Positions 38,067-48,556 of a DNA stretch of 64,000 nucleotides are shown one piece after another. The stretch spans positions 1 to 64,000 of the forward strand of contig JBNKCR010000055.1 of NCBI GenBank assembly GCA_050287845.1. Reading direction: 5' to 3'. The notes beneath the pieces were generated by a model that ran no database searches, was not told where the DNA came from, and worked only from the letters and a program-made list of their open reading frames with translations. Each line of letters starts with the position of its first letter. Position 1 is the first letter of the stretch. The position numbers and the translations under genes are program-made. Source of the stretch: Polyangia bacterium (lineage in GTDB: Bacteria > Myxococcota_A > Polyangia > JAAYKL01).

Positions 38067-39392
38067 TCACTGAGTCGACTCAAGCAGTCCCAGACCGTAA
38101 TAGAAATGCTCGTTCTCACCAACAACGCTGGTGTGCGTCAGACAACTGAACATGAACTGCATGGCGCATGTATTTACAGTCATGGTTTCATCCGGATTCC
38201 GCCTTACCAGTTCTCCGTGTTCGATACCACAATCCGGAATGTCACTGATATTCCCGACGTTATTTCTCGAAACAAATGGATTCGAGTCATCGGCTGCCAG
38301 GACTGCCCACTCACCATCCAGGCCAGTGGATGTCCACGAGCGATAATATCGTCCATTGCTGCCAAACGCCTCCACCAGCAGCAGGTACTTTTCGGTCCCT
38401 GCAATTCGATACACACTGCATCCTTCATACAAAGCGTTCACATTCAGGTCCCGCATCACTTCCACTGTCGTATCCGCCCTGAAACCATCCGGAAAAGCAT
38501 CTATCGTGGTTTGTGCACGATACAGAACGCCATTGGCTCTAGTGAAAAACAGAAAACAGTTCGTTTCATCGCAGATCACCCAATAATCCCAACCCAAACC
38601 TTCAACGTCCGGAGGCACATCCATAAATTCAGTCGGTGCCGACCACGACATCACCCCAGTCGGTTCGCTGCTCGTAGAGTACGCGGGCACCTGATTATCA
38701 ATCTGATAAACCAGATACCATTCCTGTCGCGGTGAAAAGAAAAACAATTGGGGTGCCGCCTTATAGGGAGCAAGGTTCGGATTGCTGTCTGCGGCAACCT
38801 TCCGTGCCGCTGTCACGTCGCTCCAATCTGTTCCTGTCAGATACACCATCCCCAACTGGGTACCGCCAGCGGTCGTTTCGTCCTGAACATTCACAGTCGC
38901 ATAAATATGCCAGTTTTCCTCAATAATGACGGCAGTCGGATCCTTTATGGCGATCATACCTGCCGGTTCATCCGGAAACACCAATTCAACGCGACCATTC
39001 CACGAAAAGGCATCCGGGAAGTCACAGGTCTCAACTGAATCAGTGTCACTCCCGGTTTCCATTTGCGTGTTACTGCCACCCTCTGTCTGAGTCTCTGTAT
39101 CTATATCCGTCTCATCTTCGGTCCCCGAATCAGTCCCGCTGTCCGAATCCGTGACAACATCTAATGCCGAACCGACTTCACTGTCACCGGTATCCGCTTC
39201 GGGGGCACTGGCACTTTCGCTATCTGCGTCTGCCCTATCACTATCTGTGTCACTGTCAGTATCGGAATTCGAATCCGCCACCGAATCTACTTCAGTTGCA
39301 ACAATTTCTTCAGCGATAATCGTGTGCTGTCCGCAACCGCAGAAACAGCTTAGAAAAACAAAAATCAGCTTTTTATAAAAGTTCATCACCAT
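38067..39392 (-). CDS. GH62 alpha-L-arabinofuranosidase, probable lipoprotein
   Basis: IKDPT, AAPQLFFF, DYWVICD, LYEGCSVY, YLLLVEA, RYYRSWT and HGELVR. N-terminal …FCGC and an acidic linker. Start 39392 or 39386. Confidence 0.9.
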   Translation of the reverse strand: MVMNFYKKLIFVFLSCFCGCGQHTIIAEEIVATEVDSVADSNSDTDSDTDSDRADADSESASAPEADTGDSEVGSALDVVTDSDSGTDSGTEDETDIDTETQTEGGSNTQMETGSDTDSVETCDFPDAFSWNGRVELVFPDEPAGMIAIKDPTAVIIEENWHIYATVNVQDETTAGGTQLGMVYLTGTDWSDVTAARKVAADSNPNLAPYKAAPQLFFFSPRQEWYLVYQIDNQVPAYSTSSEPTGVMSWSAPTEFMDVPPDVEGLGWDYWVICDETNCFLFFTRANGVLYRAQTTIDAFPDGFRADTTVEVMRDLNVNALYEGCSVYRIAGTEKYLLLVEAFGSNGRYYRSWTSTGLDGEWAVLAADDSNPFVSRNNVGNISDIPDCGIEHGELVRRNPDETMTVNTCAMQFMFSCLTHTSVVGENEHFYYGLGLLESTQ

Positions 39393-39665
39393 TGTTCAGA
39401 TTGCTTCAAGCGAATACAGCCACTCTTACCGCGAATCGACCCGGCAACACAGCATTCACATCGCCGCGCACAACCGGGCAGCATTCCATGCACGCGGAAT
39501 GGTATTTGAAAACCCTGCTTGAATAAAGACATTACTGCATTTCCCACAGGAATGGGACACGCTGGAAACCGCTGCATCATGCTGGCTGAATCTGTTCCAG
39601 TTTCGCAGCCATATCATACTGCCGCACCACATTGATTCGGTTCATGGCGTCTTCAATGGCCTCAT

Positions 39666-40334
39666 CTATTTCGATTTATTCAGCCGTTCCAACGAAGCAT
39701 CCCGCAGCTCCCTGAGAATATCCGGAAGACTGCTGCGATTGGCGAAATTAATGATCCAGGTCGGAATGTTGCCGCCCGGATCTGCCATCAACGTATACCG
39801 AACTGTTGACTGACTGGAGGATTCATCTTTGCTGATAATGATACTGCCCCTGATATTTGAAACTCTGACGACGCCCTCTGTCGGCGGCGGCCCGAATCGG
39901 TTTGTGATTCGCCACTCCAGGCGATAAATTCCCCGTTCCGGGTTTTCAATTTTTTCATACCGGAGACAATAGTCACGCTTGGCCACCACCGGAAAATTCA
40001 CGAGCTGATAATTGTACCATACATTGGGATAGCGATCTTGCATCTCGTAAAACTGATTTTTCTCAACATACTTTTTGGTGGTTCTGCCAAAGGTCGAGGG
40101 ATCACATGCTGCGTCCAGAATGACTTCCGGCGATGCGGCAATGGTCATTCTGGCCCTCACTTCCCGAATTGTGGTGCCGGAGGTGGTTCTTGAATACACG
40201 ACAATGCCGTCACGGGTGGACTTCTCCCGCTCCCAGCCAACTCCCGCAAGAACGGCTGTGGCGATCAGCAACGGAATGACGACACCGAATATCGTCTTCG
40301 TTGATCTGTTTTCTGTAAATCTGTCCCAATTCAT
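39666..40334 (-). CDS. Secreted START/SRPBCC-domain protein
   Basis: Hydrophobic N-terminal segment, W…RDGIVVYSR, FPVVAKRDY and DPGGNIPTWIIN. Confidence 0.8.
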   Translation of the reverse strand: MNWDRFTENRSTKTIFGVVIPLLIATAVLAGVGWEREKSTRDGIVVYSRTTSGTTIREVRARMTIAASPEVILDAACDPSTFGRTTKKYVEKNQFYEMQDRYPNVWYNYQLVNFPVVAKRDYCLRYEKIENPERGIYRLEWRITNRFGPPPTEGVVRVSNIRGSIIISKDESSSQSTVRYTLMADPGGNIPTWIINFANRSSLPDILRELRDASLERLNKSK

Positions 40335-40676
40335 ACATATAACTTTCGGCGCTGGTGCATATTATTTTAGACAATCGTAACGGAATATTCCAACATGGCG
40401 CCTAACTTATATCACAATTTAATTCCGTTACGCCTGCTGCCAATCATATTTTCTGCCTTTATGTGACAGTAAATGGATGAGAATGTGACACTTATCGCCC
40501 AACACCGCCTCTATAGCGGCGGAATGCATCGGAAAAATGTGTGTATGCTGTCGCACAGGCATCGTTGCAAAACTGATTTTCACCACATTCAGTATTTCCA
40601 ACGAAGCTCCCGGCTCAAAAAGTATACTTTTCAGATATATTTTCATCTGCCGGATGGATGCCACAGGAACAGCAGT

Positions 40677-41366
40677 CTATAAATCAAAACTGGAAACTGC
40701 ACCGGTCAGCCCATATGACAAAAGCTCCATTTTCATCGACTCACCTTCAAATTTCACGAATCCGCTGATGGGAACCTCCGAATGCACAAATGCTGCATTC
40801 AGATTCTGATTTCCGAGTCTAAAGCTGGATACGATTCTGTCGCACCCGGAAAACGTACCCGCGGCCACAGAAATATCCCGTTTCATTGAAGTATCCCACT
40901 CCACATAAAAAGATTCTATAATATTGCTATACATCGATTGGGTCAACTGAATCACCGCGTCATCGTATTCAATAATCTCTTCGCCATCAAATCTTGCTAT
41001 CACCTTCTGAATATTGGAATTACGGGGGCTGGCGGGATTCATTTCCATCAGCATGCGGTACTCAATGGAGTTGTAATAGGATATCATGCTGTATTCCAGC
41101 CACAACGCACGGCCCTCCTGACCAACTATTTTATAACTGTAGATTGAAGGTTCTCCCTTTTCATCGGTCATGCGGTATTTTATCCATTGCCCCACCGCCA
41201 ACGGCACCGGATGCCCGGAACTGACTTCGTCAACATTTCGCGGCCCGGGTGTCCGGGCAAGTTCCGAATCCACCTGATTCTTAAGCTTCACGTTTACTCC
41301 GCCTGGCCCGCAGGCCATTGCCAGACATGCAAATCCCGCTAAAAAAGAAACTCCCCATAGTTTCAT
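40677..41366 (-). CDS. Hypothetical lipoprotein
   Basis: AGGAG RBS, lipobox AMAC, and VGQWIKY…ISVAAGTF…VPISGFVK…MELLSYG. Confidence 0.75.
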   Translation of the reverse strand: MKLWGVSFLAGFACLAMACGPGGVNVKLKNQVDSELARTPGPRNVDEVSSGHPVPLAVGQWIKYRMTDEKGEPSIYSYKIVGQEGRALWLEYSMISYYNSIEYRMLMEMNPASPRNSNIQKVIARFDGEEIIEYDDAVIQLTQSMYSNIIESFYVEWDTSMKRDISVAAGTFSGCDRIVSSFRLGNQNLNAAFVHSEVPISGFVKFEGESMKMELLSYGLTGAVSSFDL

Positions 41367-41808
41367 AGCTGCACTCCTGTTCAGTTATTGTGTTCCGACA
41401 TGAAATGTAATTTGCTCTGTTCTTAAACCGATTCTTACGGTAAGTGCAACCGGTTTTTTTGCCCACCATTGAAATGGGATAACAGCTAATTCAATCCAGC
41501 TGCAATAAACTGCAGTCTTGACCACAATTGACTCTGTTCCGCCATGATCAAAAATAAAATTTACATTTTTTTCTTTATCATGCCCCCCGATCCGGTACAG
41601 TGTTAAGATTATTAACTATGTTTGAGATCTATTTGAGCTGTTCTCACTGGATGAAGGTACTTGGATACGGGAAAATTGGAGCCTCTACACAGTTCAAGTG
41701 GCGAACCACTTGGTTCCTGTTTATTGAGGTTGCTCGTTGTCAATTCGAAATTGAAAAAGGATTTCAAAATCACGAAAACGGATACGTGATGAGCGAAAGG
41801 AAGCTGAA

Positions 41809-43371
41809 ATGAGCTTTGAGAATTTAATTTTTACTTCAAGTTCGATGTTGAATTTGAAGAAGGTGCTTGTTGTGTTTTGTCAGGTACTTATACTTCAAAT
41901 TGGCGTCATTTCAGTTGTAGGCTGTGGAGATGACTCCGCAGAAAGCTCGTCTGGAGATTCGGATTCCGACTCGGATTCTGATACGGATACCGATTCAGAC
42001 ACCGATACCGATTCAGACACCGACTCAGACACCGATACTGATTCAGACAGTGATTCAGACACGGACACCGATACGGACACCGATACCGATTCAGACACCG
42101 ACTCAGACACCGATACCGATTCAGACACCGATGCGGGGACCTGTCAGTACGAATGCCTTGCGCATTGCGTATCCTGGGGTGGTGCATCTATGGAAGGTAC
42201 ATGTGAGGACAATCTGCGATGTTGTGAAGGCGCTACCCCACCGGATGCGGATACCGATACGGATACCGATACGGATACCGATACAGATACCGATACCGAT
42301 ACTGATACTGATACCGATACCGACACCGATACAGATACGGATACCGATACGGACACCGATACAGATACCGTGCGACAACCTTGCGGTGAATCAGTGAACA
42401 GTATCAAGGATGCGGGAATGTGCCTGGATCCGCCACTGCTCATCGGAACGGCAGTCGGGACCAATACCTCAGGCATTCCATCCCAGGAGTTCAATTATTG
42501 GACTGCCGAAAATGATATGAAATGGCAAAATCTCGAACCCAGCGAAGGCAGTTTCAATTTTGGTGCCGGCGATACCATCGTGAATGCAGCCCAATCGCAG
42601 GGAATTCAGGTAAAGGGACATTGTTTTGTATGGCACAGTCAGTTAGCCTCCTGGGTGGAGGGGCAAACTGGCCGAGATAGACTCATCGGCATCATGAAAA
42701 ACCACATCGAAAAGGTAATGGACCGCTGGGGCGACAAGGTGAACACATGGGATGTGGTGAATGAAGCCATTCTGACCAATAGTGACACCGGAGATGGCAA
42801 TGCCAGAATGAGACCATCTGTGTTTTTTAACCAGGTTGGAGACGACTATATTGATCTCGCATTTCAGATGGCCAGAGACCATGCAGACGCCAAAGGCTGG
42901 AACAGCATGAAGTTTTACTACAACGATTACAGTATCGACGCTGACAACGATAAATCTCATTTTGCCCATGAAATGATCAAGGGAATGGTGGATCGCGGCG
43001 TTCCCATTGATGGCGTCGGTTTCCAGATGCATATTGGTACACCCAACAACATCCCCACTGCACAGGCGGTTGCCGACAATATGGATTTTTATATTGGTTT
43101 GGGGTTGGAAGTGCTCATTTCCGAAATGGACATCAACATTTGCGATGGCAAGGTCACCAAAGACCAACAACTGCAACTATATCATGATATCGCTGCGGCA
43201 TGCGTTGCTCGCCCCAAATGTGTTGCAATGACGTTCTGGGGAGTGAACGATGAAAGCTCCTGGCTAAATGGCTTTGCATGCGGCGGCGGCAATTCCCAGT
43301 CTCTACTGTTCAGCAATAATCAACGCAAAGACACCTATACGCAGGTGCTCAACGCATTGACAGGCAAATAA
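41809..43371 (+). CDS. GH10 endo-1,4-beta-xylanase lipoprotein with DT linkers and a six-Cys mini-domain
   Basis: Lipobox VVGC; TAENDMKW, KGHCFVWHSQ, WDVVNE (acid/base), YYNDY, GFQMH and ISEMDI (nucleophile). The start may be 41845. Confidence 0.95.
   Translation: MSFENLIFTSSSMLNLKKVLVVFCQVLILQIGVISVVGCGDDSAESSSGDSDSDSDSDTDTDSDTDTDSDTDSDTDTDSDSDSDTDTDTDTDTDSDTDSDTDTDSDTDAGTCQYECLAHCVSWGGASMEGTCEDNLRCCEGATPPDADTDTDTDTDTDTDTDTDTDTDTDTDTDTDTDTDTDTDTDTVRQPCGESVNSIKDAGMCLDPPLLIGTAVGTNTSGIPSQEFNYWTAENDMKWQNLEPSEGSFNFGAGDTIVNAAQSQGIQVKGHCFVWHSQLASWVEGQTGRDRLIGIMKNHIEKVMDRWGDKVNTWDVVNEAILTNSDTGDGNARMRPSVFFNQVGDDYIDLAFQMARDHADAKGWNSMKFYYNDYSIDADNDKSHFAHEMIKGMVDRGVPIDGVGFQMHIGTPNNIPTAQAVADNMDFYIGLGLEVLISEMDINICDGKVTKDQQLQLYHDIAAACVARPKCVAMTFWGVNDESSWLNGFACGGGNSQSLLFSNNQRKDTYTQVLNALTGK
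41956..42369 (+). repeat. Two (DT/DS)n hexamer coding repeats flanking the Cys module of the GH10 gene
   Basis: Runs at about 41956-42132 and 42244-42369. Confidence 0.9.
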
Positions 43372-44112
43372 CAATAACATCTGTCTGGTTGTACCCCTTT
43401 CGTTTCGTTCCTCCCCTGGGCACAATCCTCTCAAACTCAATTTATCAGTTACCCAGCTTCCAATAACATAGCGACCGTTGGCTCTGCTGCCTTTACCTGA
43501 TGATAAATACGCAACAATTCCGATAATCAATGTGCACGCAATTAAATCCAGCGGAATCGATGCAGTAAAATTGTGTGGAATGAGTGACTGTGATTTTCCA
43601 TAAAATACTCAGGTAGGTCAATTTAAGATAAAGCGGTGAGAATAAACGTGAGCCATTTTGGTAATCCAGTTTATTAAAAAACCATAAAATAAAAGGATTT
43701 GTATGCAACACCAGTTCGCAATATTTATTCCCATATCGAAAAAAAAAGATACCTCAGCTAAAAAAACAACGGCATGAACTCTCTCATTATTTCAATCAGG
43801 ATAGATGTTAAACAGTGTGCATAGAAAAACACAAAAAAACTTCTATTTTTTTTGAAAAAATGTCTGGATTTTAAAAATCGTTTATTTCATGATGATGCAA
43901 ATTAAATTAATTGATAATTATATTTTTATTCTTTCAACTTTAGTGAACAATTTTAGCTTGCGTTTTGTGTAGACACTTAATAATCATTGTTTACTAATTT
44001 GTGGAAAGAGTTTCATAATCGGTTATTTTTTCGTAGCAATTGTGCTGGGAAAATTTATATGTGCAAATTGTATTGAATCAATAATGCAACACAACTTCTC
44101 AGGAGGAACAAG

Positions 44113-45237
44113 ATGAAAAAGTATTTGGTCTCATTAATTGCAGTATTTTTGGGAGCGTCATTGTTTGTAGGATGCTCAGGTGACAAGAGTACAGCAAGCA
44201 ATGACGAAGCGCCGGCGGAAGGGGCTGCCCCTACCAAAGCAGATGAAGGCGGCAAGAAGAAGATTGGTCTTTCCTTTTCTGATTTTGCTACTGCAAGATG
44301 GGCAAGAGAACGCGACTTGATGACCAAGATGTTCGAGGAAAAAGGTTTCGAAGTCATCGCTCAGGGGGCGAACAACGATTCCAAAACCCAGAATGACCAA
44401 ATCGAAAACATGGTTACTCAGGGAGTAAGTGCCATTATTGTAGTCGCAGAGGATGGTGCGGCTGCCGCAACCGCAGTCGACAGTGCTGCCAAAGCCGGCG
44501 TTCCGGTAATTGCGTATGACCGTCTGGTGAAATCCCCCAAAGTTGCTTGTTACATCTCTTTTGACAACGTCGAAGTGGGTCGCCAGCAGGCACGCGGTAT
44601 TCTTAAGGTGAAAGACAAAGGTAAATTTGTTCTTCTCGGCGGGAGCCCCACCGATAACAACGCTATTCTTTTCAGAAATGGTCAGATGGAAGTTTTGAAA
44701 CCCCTCATCGACAAAGGCGATATCGAAATCGTTGCAGATCAGTGGGTAGAAAACTGGGATCCGGCAACTGCAGTTAAGAAAATGGAGAACATCCTGACAT
44801 CGCAGAAAAATCAGATTGATGCCGTTGTTGCCTCCAACGACGGAACTGCGCTGGGTGCTCTTCAGGCAATGAAAGCTCAGAAGCTTGCAGGTAAAGTACC
44901 AATATCCGGACAGGACGCAACTGGCCCTGGTTGTCGTTCAATCGTTGAAGGCGAGCTCACCATGACCGTTTTCAAAGACGTTCGGGAATTGACTCCTCTG
45001 GCAGTTGATATTGCTATAAAACTTGCAAATAAAGAAGCTGTCACCGGTCTCCAGAACTTCTCTCTTGCAGAGCTGACCCTTGATGAAAAACTTAAAGGCG
45101 AAGTTCCCTGTAAGTTCCTGAAAGTTATCCCCGTTGATAAAGACAACGTCTATGAAGAAGTTGTTAAAAGCGGTTTCCAATCATGGGATGAAGTATACGC
45201 CGGTGTTCCTGCCGACAAACGTCCACCCAAACCATGA
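44113..45237 (+). CDS. xylF: Sugar ABC transporter substrate-binding lipoprotein, XylF-like
   Basis: AGGAGG RBS, lipobox FVGC, RWARERD, IAYDRL, ISFDNVEVG, GGSPTDNNA, ASNDGTA.GA and SGQDA. Confidence 0.82.
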   Translation: MKKYLVSLIAVFLGASLFVGCSGDKSTASNDEAPAEGAAPTKADEGGKKKIGLSFSDFATARWARERDLMTKMFEEKGFEVIAQGANNDSKTQNDQIENMVTQGVSAIIVVAEDGAAAATAVDSAAKAGVPVIAYDRLVKSPKVACYISFDNVEVGRQQARGILKVKDKGKFVLLGGSPTDNNAILFRNGQMEVLKPLIDKGDIEIVADQWVENWDPATAVKKMENILTSQKNQIDAVVASNDGTALGALQAMKAQKLAGKVPISGQDATGPGCRSIVEGELTMTVFKDVRELTPLAVDIAIKLANKEAVTGLQNFSLAELTLDEKLKGEVPCKFLKVIPVDKDNVYEEVVKSGFQSWDEVYAGVPADKRPPKP

Positions 45238-45501
45238 TGCATAGGTAACAATAAAACCAGTTGCAACTAAATCTTTCATCATTTCGTATTTTCGATTGGA
45301 TGGAACGGATTTGTAGAATGCTCTCTGGAATTTTATCTCACAAAGAATACCGAAATGTGCCGTAACATTCAGCAACCTCAGAATACTGGTTGACAAGTGG
45401 TATCCTGTCGGCGCTCCGTTACTTCATAAACAGTTGAAGATTCAACAATAGCGAGCAATTTACAGTTTGTAGCGAGTACATCTATTGAACGGAAATAATT
45501 C

Positions 45502-47070
45502 ATGGATGCAAATTTGGGAAACGACATTATGACTGATGACAACATTTTAGAAATACGGAATGTTACTAAAAAATTTCCTGGTGTAACCGCATTGTCAAAT
45601 ATTTCTTTCAACGTTAAACGTGGTGAAATTCACGGCCTCGCTGGCGAAAATGGCGCTGGCAAATCCACGCTAATGAAGATTCTGTCCGGTGTTTATCCTT
45701 CAGATGAATACACCGGACAGGTTGTTTTTGATAATGAAACACTCAACTTTCAATCTACTGCCATCCGTGATGCTATCGAGCGAGGAATCGCAATCGTATA
45801 CCAGGAGCTCGTTCTGGTCCCGGAGATGACCGTGGGCGAGAACATTTTTCTGGGACGAGAGCCTACGGATTCAAAAGGTGCTATCAATTGGCATGAGCTT
45901 TACTCTGAGACCGACAAATTGTTGAAAAGGTACAATCTGAAAATACCGTTCTCCGCCAAAATATCGTCTCTCGGCGTTGGCAAGCAGCAGCTTGTTGTAA
46001 TCGCAAAGGCACTTTCAGAAAATGCCAAGATACTGATTCTGGATGAGCCCACATCGGCTCTAACCGAATCCGAGGTAGATACACTGATGGAGATTCTTGA
46101 TCAACTCAGGAGTGAAGGGTTAACTTGCATTTATATTACCCACAAACTGGATGAGTTTTTCAGAATCACTGATTCAATCACAGTTATGCGTGACGGTACG
46201 CTGGTTAATACGGTTCGAACCAGCGATATGACGAACGAAAAAATCATCGCAATGATGGTAGGTAGAGAAATGACGGAGCGCTATCCCGCGAGGGGAAATG
46301 AGCCGGGTGAAGTTATTCTGGAAGCCAGTGGAATCACCGTACAGGACCCGGTATTGTCCCATAAAAACTGCGTGGACAACGTCTCTTTCAATGTCAGAAA
46401 AGGCGAAATTCTTGGAGTGGCGGGTTTGATGGGGGCAGGACGAACAGAACTTGTCACTACACTGTTTGGCGCCTACGGGAAAGGTTACGCCGGCGAAATC
46501 ACCATTGATGGTAACTCCTTCGTCGCAAATTCCGCAAGGACTGCAATGAATCGCGGCATTAATCTGGTTCCAGAAGACCGGAAGTTGCAGGGACTGGTAC
46601 TCATGCAATCCATCCTGAAGAATATCTCCTTGCCGAACATGTCACTTTTCGCGGAACGGTTCAGTATCAACCAGAACAAGGAATTCTACGAGTGTAACAC
46701 AGTTTCGAAGAAGCTGTCTGTAAAATGTCATAGCATTCACGTACCAGTGAACACCCTGAGCGGAGGAAATCAGCAAAAAGTGGTCATTGCGAAGTGTATT
46801 ATGACAAAGCCGAAGGTCCTGATTCTTGATGAACCAACGCGTGGAATTGACGTGGGAGCCAAATATGAGATTTACAAATTGATGAACGCTCTTGCCGCGC
46901 AAGGTGTCGCCATCATAATGGTTTCCAGCGAGCTTCCGGAAATATTGGGGATGAGTGATAGAATTCTGGTGATGCATGAAGGGAAATGCACCGGAATTAT
47001 TCCGAACGACGAAAACGCAACCCAGGAGCGCGTGATGACCCTGGCAACCGGCGTTGAAGTTTTACACTAG
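45502..47070 (+). CDS. xylG: Sugar ABC transporter ATP-binding protein (tandem ABC domains), XylG-like
   Basis: GENGAGKST, LDEPT, LSGGNQQK and DEPTRGIDVGAKYEIY. Alternative start at 45529. Confidence 0.85.
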   Translation: MDANLGNDIMTDDNILEIRNVTKKFPGVTALSNISFNVKRGEIHGLAGENGAGKSTLMKILSGVYPSDEYTGQVVFDNETLNFQSTAIRDAIERGIAIVYQELVLVPEMTVGENIFLGREPTDSKGAINWHELYSETDKLLKRYNLKIPFSAKISSLGVGKQQLVVIAKALSENAKILILDEPTSALTESEVDTLMEILDQLRSEGLTCIYITHKLDEFFRITDSITVMRDGTLVNTVRTSDMTNEKIIAMMVGREMTERYPARGNEPGEVILEASGITVQDPVLSHKNCVDNVSFNVRKGEILGVAGLMGAGRTELVTTLFGAYGKGYAGEITIDGNSFVANSARTAMNRGINLVPEDRKLQGLVLMQSILKNISLPNMSLFAERFSINQNKEFYECNTVSKKLSVKCHSIHVPVNTLSGGNQQKVVIAKCIMTKPKVLILDEPTRGIDVGAKYEIYKLMNALAAQGVAIIMVSSELPEILGMSDRILVMHEGKCTGIIPNDENATQERVMTLATGVEVLH

Positions 47071-47083
47071 GTGAGGCAATAAA

Positions 47084-48358
47084 ATGACTGCGAGTATTAC
47101 AGAACTATTTCAAAATTTCGTGCAAGAAAACAAGGGGAAGGTGGCCGACTCCATTCGCGCAAATATCCGAACTTACTCCATGGTTATCGCTCTGGTGCTG
47201 ATCTGGATTCTGTTCGGACTTCTGACCGATGGTATATTCTTCACCCCCAGAAATCTATCCAACCTGGTGCGACAAATGATCCTGATTGGCATCCTCGCCA
47301 TCGGGATGGTGCCGGTTATTGTTACCGGTAATATCGATTTGTCGGTGGGATCAGTAGTAGGCTTTATCAGTGTCATCGTGGCCTATTGTCAATTTTTTAT
47401 CTTTCCCACTATGTTGGCTGGTGCATTCCCGTCATGGGAAGCACAAACCACATTCATGGGAATTGAAACCAGTATGAACGGTGTGCTATCGACGTTTCTG
47501 TCAATTCTGATTGCGCTTGCAGTTGGATTGCTCGTGGGGTTATGGCATGGTTCACTTATCGCTTATCTGAAAATTCCCGCGTTTATTGTAACCCTTGGCG
47601 GATTTCTCGGTTTCAGAGGCGGCGTGCTCTTAATTAGCGGCGGACGTACGATTGGCCCAGTGGAAAACACACTGGTTGCCATTGGACAGGGGTATGTGCC
47701 AAAGACTTTTGGCCTTGTCCTCGGTGTCATCGTAGTCGCCTGTATTTTCGCCATAGTTCTTTGGGGACGAAAACAGAAACTGAAATATGGTTTTGATAAG
47801 TATCCAATTGCCAAGGATTTGTTCAAAGCCGGGCTCATTTCTTCAGTGGTGCTTTTTTATGTGATTTACGTAGCCAACGGGTACGAGGGAATTCAAATTC
47901 CCGTTCTGTTGATGGTAATTATTCTTCTTATTTTCCACTATATTACCAACAACACAAAGTTTGGCCGGTACATCTATGCTTTAGGTGGAAACAGGGAAGC
48001 GACTCGTTTGTCCGGTATTGACACGAACAAAGTTATCTTCAAGGTTTTTCTGCTGATGGGTGTAATCTGCGCAATTTGCGGCGTTGTGTTGACGGGTTAT
48101 GTAGCAATGGGAACAACCACTGGTGGGAATCTCTACGAGTTATTTACGATTGCATCGTGTGTGATTGGTGGTACCAGCCTCATGGGGGGCGAAGGGGCCG
48201 TTGCTGGTGCCGTTGTTGGTGCACTGGTTATGGGCAGTCTGAACAATGGTATGGACATCCTCGGCTGGACAACTGCCAAGCAAAATATCATTCAGGGCCT
48301 TGTTCTGATTGTCGCGGTGTTTGTTGATGTGCAATCAAAAAGCAAAGGAAAAAGTTAG
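47084..48358 (+). CDS. xylH: Sugar ABC transporter permease, XylH-like
   Basis: PRNLSNL, IDLSVGS, IPAFIVTL, FGRYIYALGGN.EA and YEL..IA.CVIGGTS..GG.G. Confidence 0.85.
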   Translation: MTASITELFQNFVQENKGKVADSIRANIRTYSMVIALVLIWILFGLLTDGIFFTPRNLSNLVRQMILIGILAIGMVPVIVTGNIDLSVGSVVGFISVIVAYCQFFIFPTMLAGAFPSWEAQTTFMGIETSMNGVLSTFLSILIALAVGLLVGLWHGSLIAYLKIPAFIVTLGGFLGFRGGVLLISGGRTIGPVENTLVAIGQGYVPKTFGLVLGVIVVACIFAIVLWGRKQKLKYGFDKYPIAKDLFKAGLISSVVLFYVIYVANGYEGIQIPVLLMVIILLIFHYITNNTKFGRYIYALGGNREATRLSGIDTNKVIFKVFLLMGVICAICGVVLTGYVAMGTTTGGNLYELFTIASCVIGGTSLMGGEGAVAGAVVGALVMGSLNNGMDILGWTTAKQNIIQGLVLIVAVFVDVQSKSKGKS

Positions 48359-48429
48359 CTCTTTTTACTGACATTTTTGTCAAAATACTGTATCGATGTA
48401 TAGAACTGAACAATATAAAGTGAGAAAAA

Positions 48430-48493
48430 GAGATTCTTTAGAAATCTCATTGCAAGGGAAATAGGACAACAACTGAGATTTTATTGAAATCTC
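48430..48493. promoter_or_regulatory. Pair of palindromic operator-like sites GAGATT-N7-AATCTC
   Basis: GAGATT-CTTTAGA-AATCTC at 48430-48448 and GAGATT-TTATTGA-AATCTC at 48475-48493, 45 bp apart, upstream of the porin-like gene. Confidence 0.6.
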
Positions 48494-48556
48494 ACAAACA
48501 ACACAATGGCCTTAATCTGGTGCTTACATGCCCAGTACGGTCTAGAAAGGTATCAC

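Noticed and set aside
39393..39660. Possible remnant of a gene coupled to the GH62 start
   Set aside because: A short frame ends overlapping the GH62 start, but I could not recognise any family motif.
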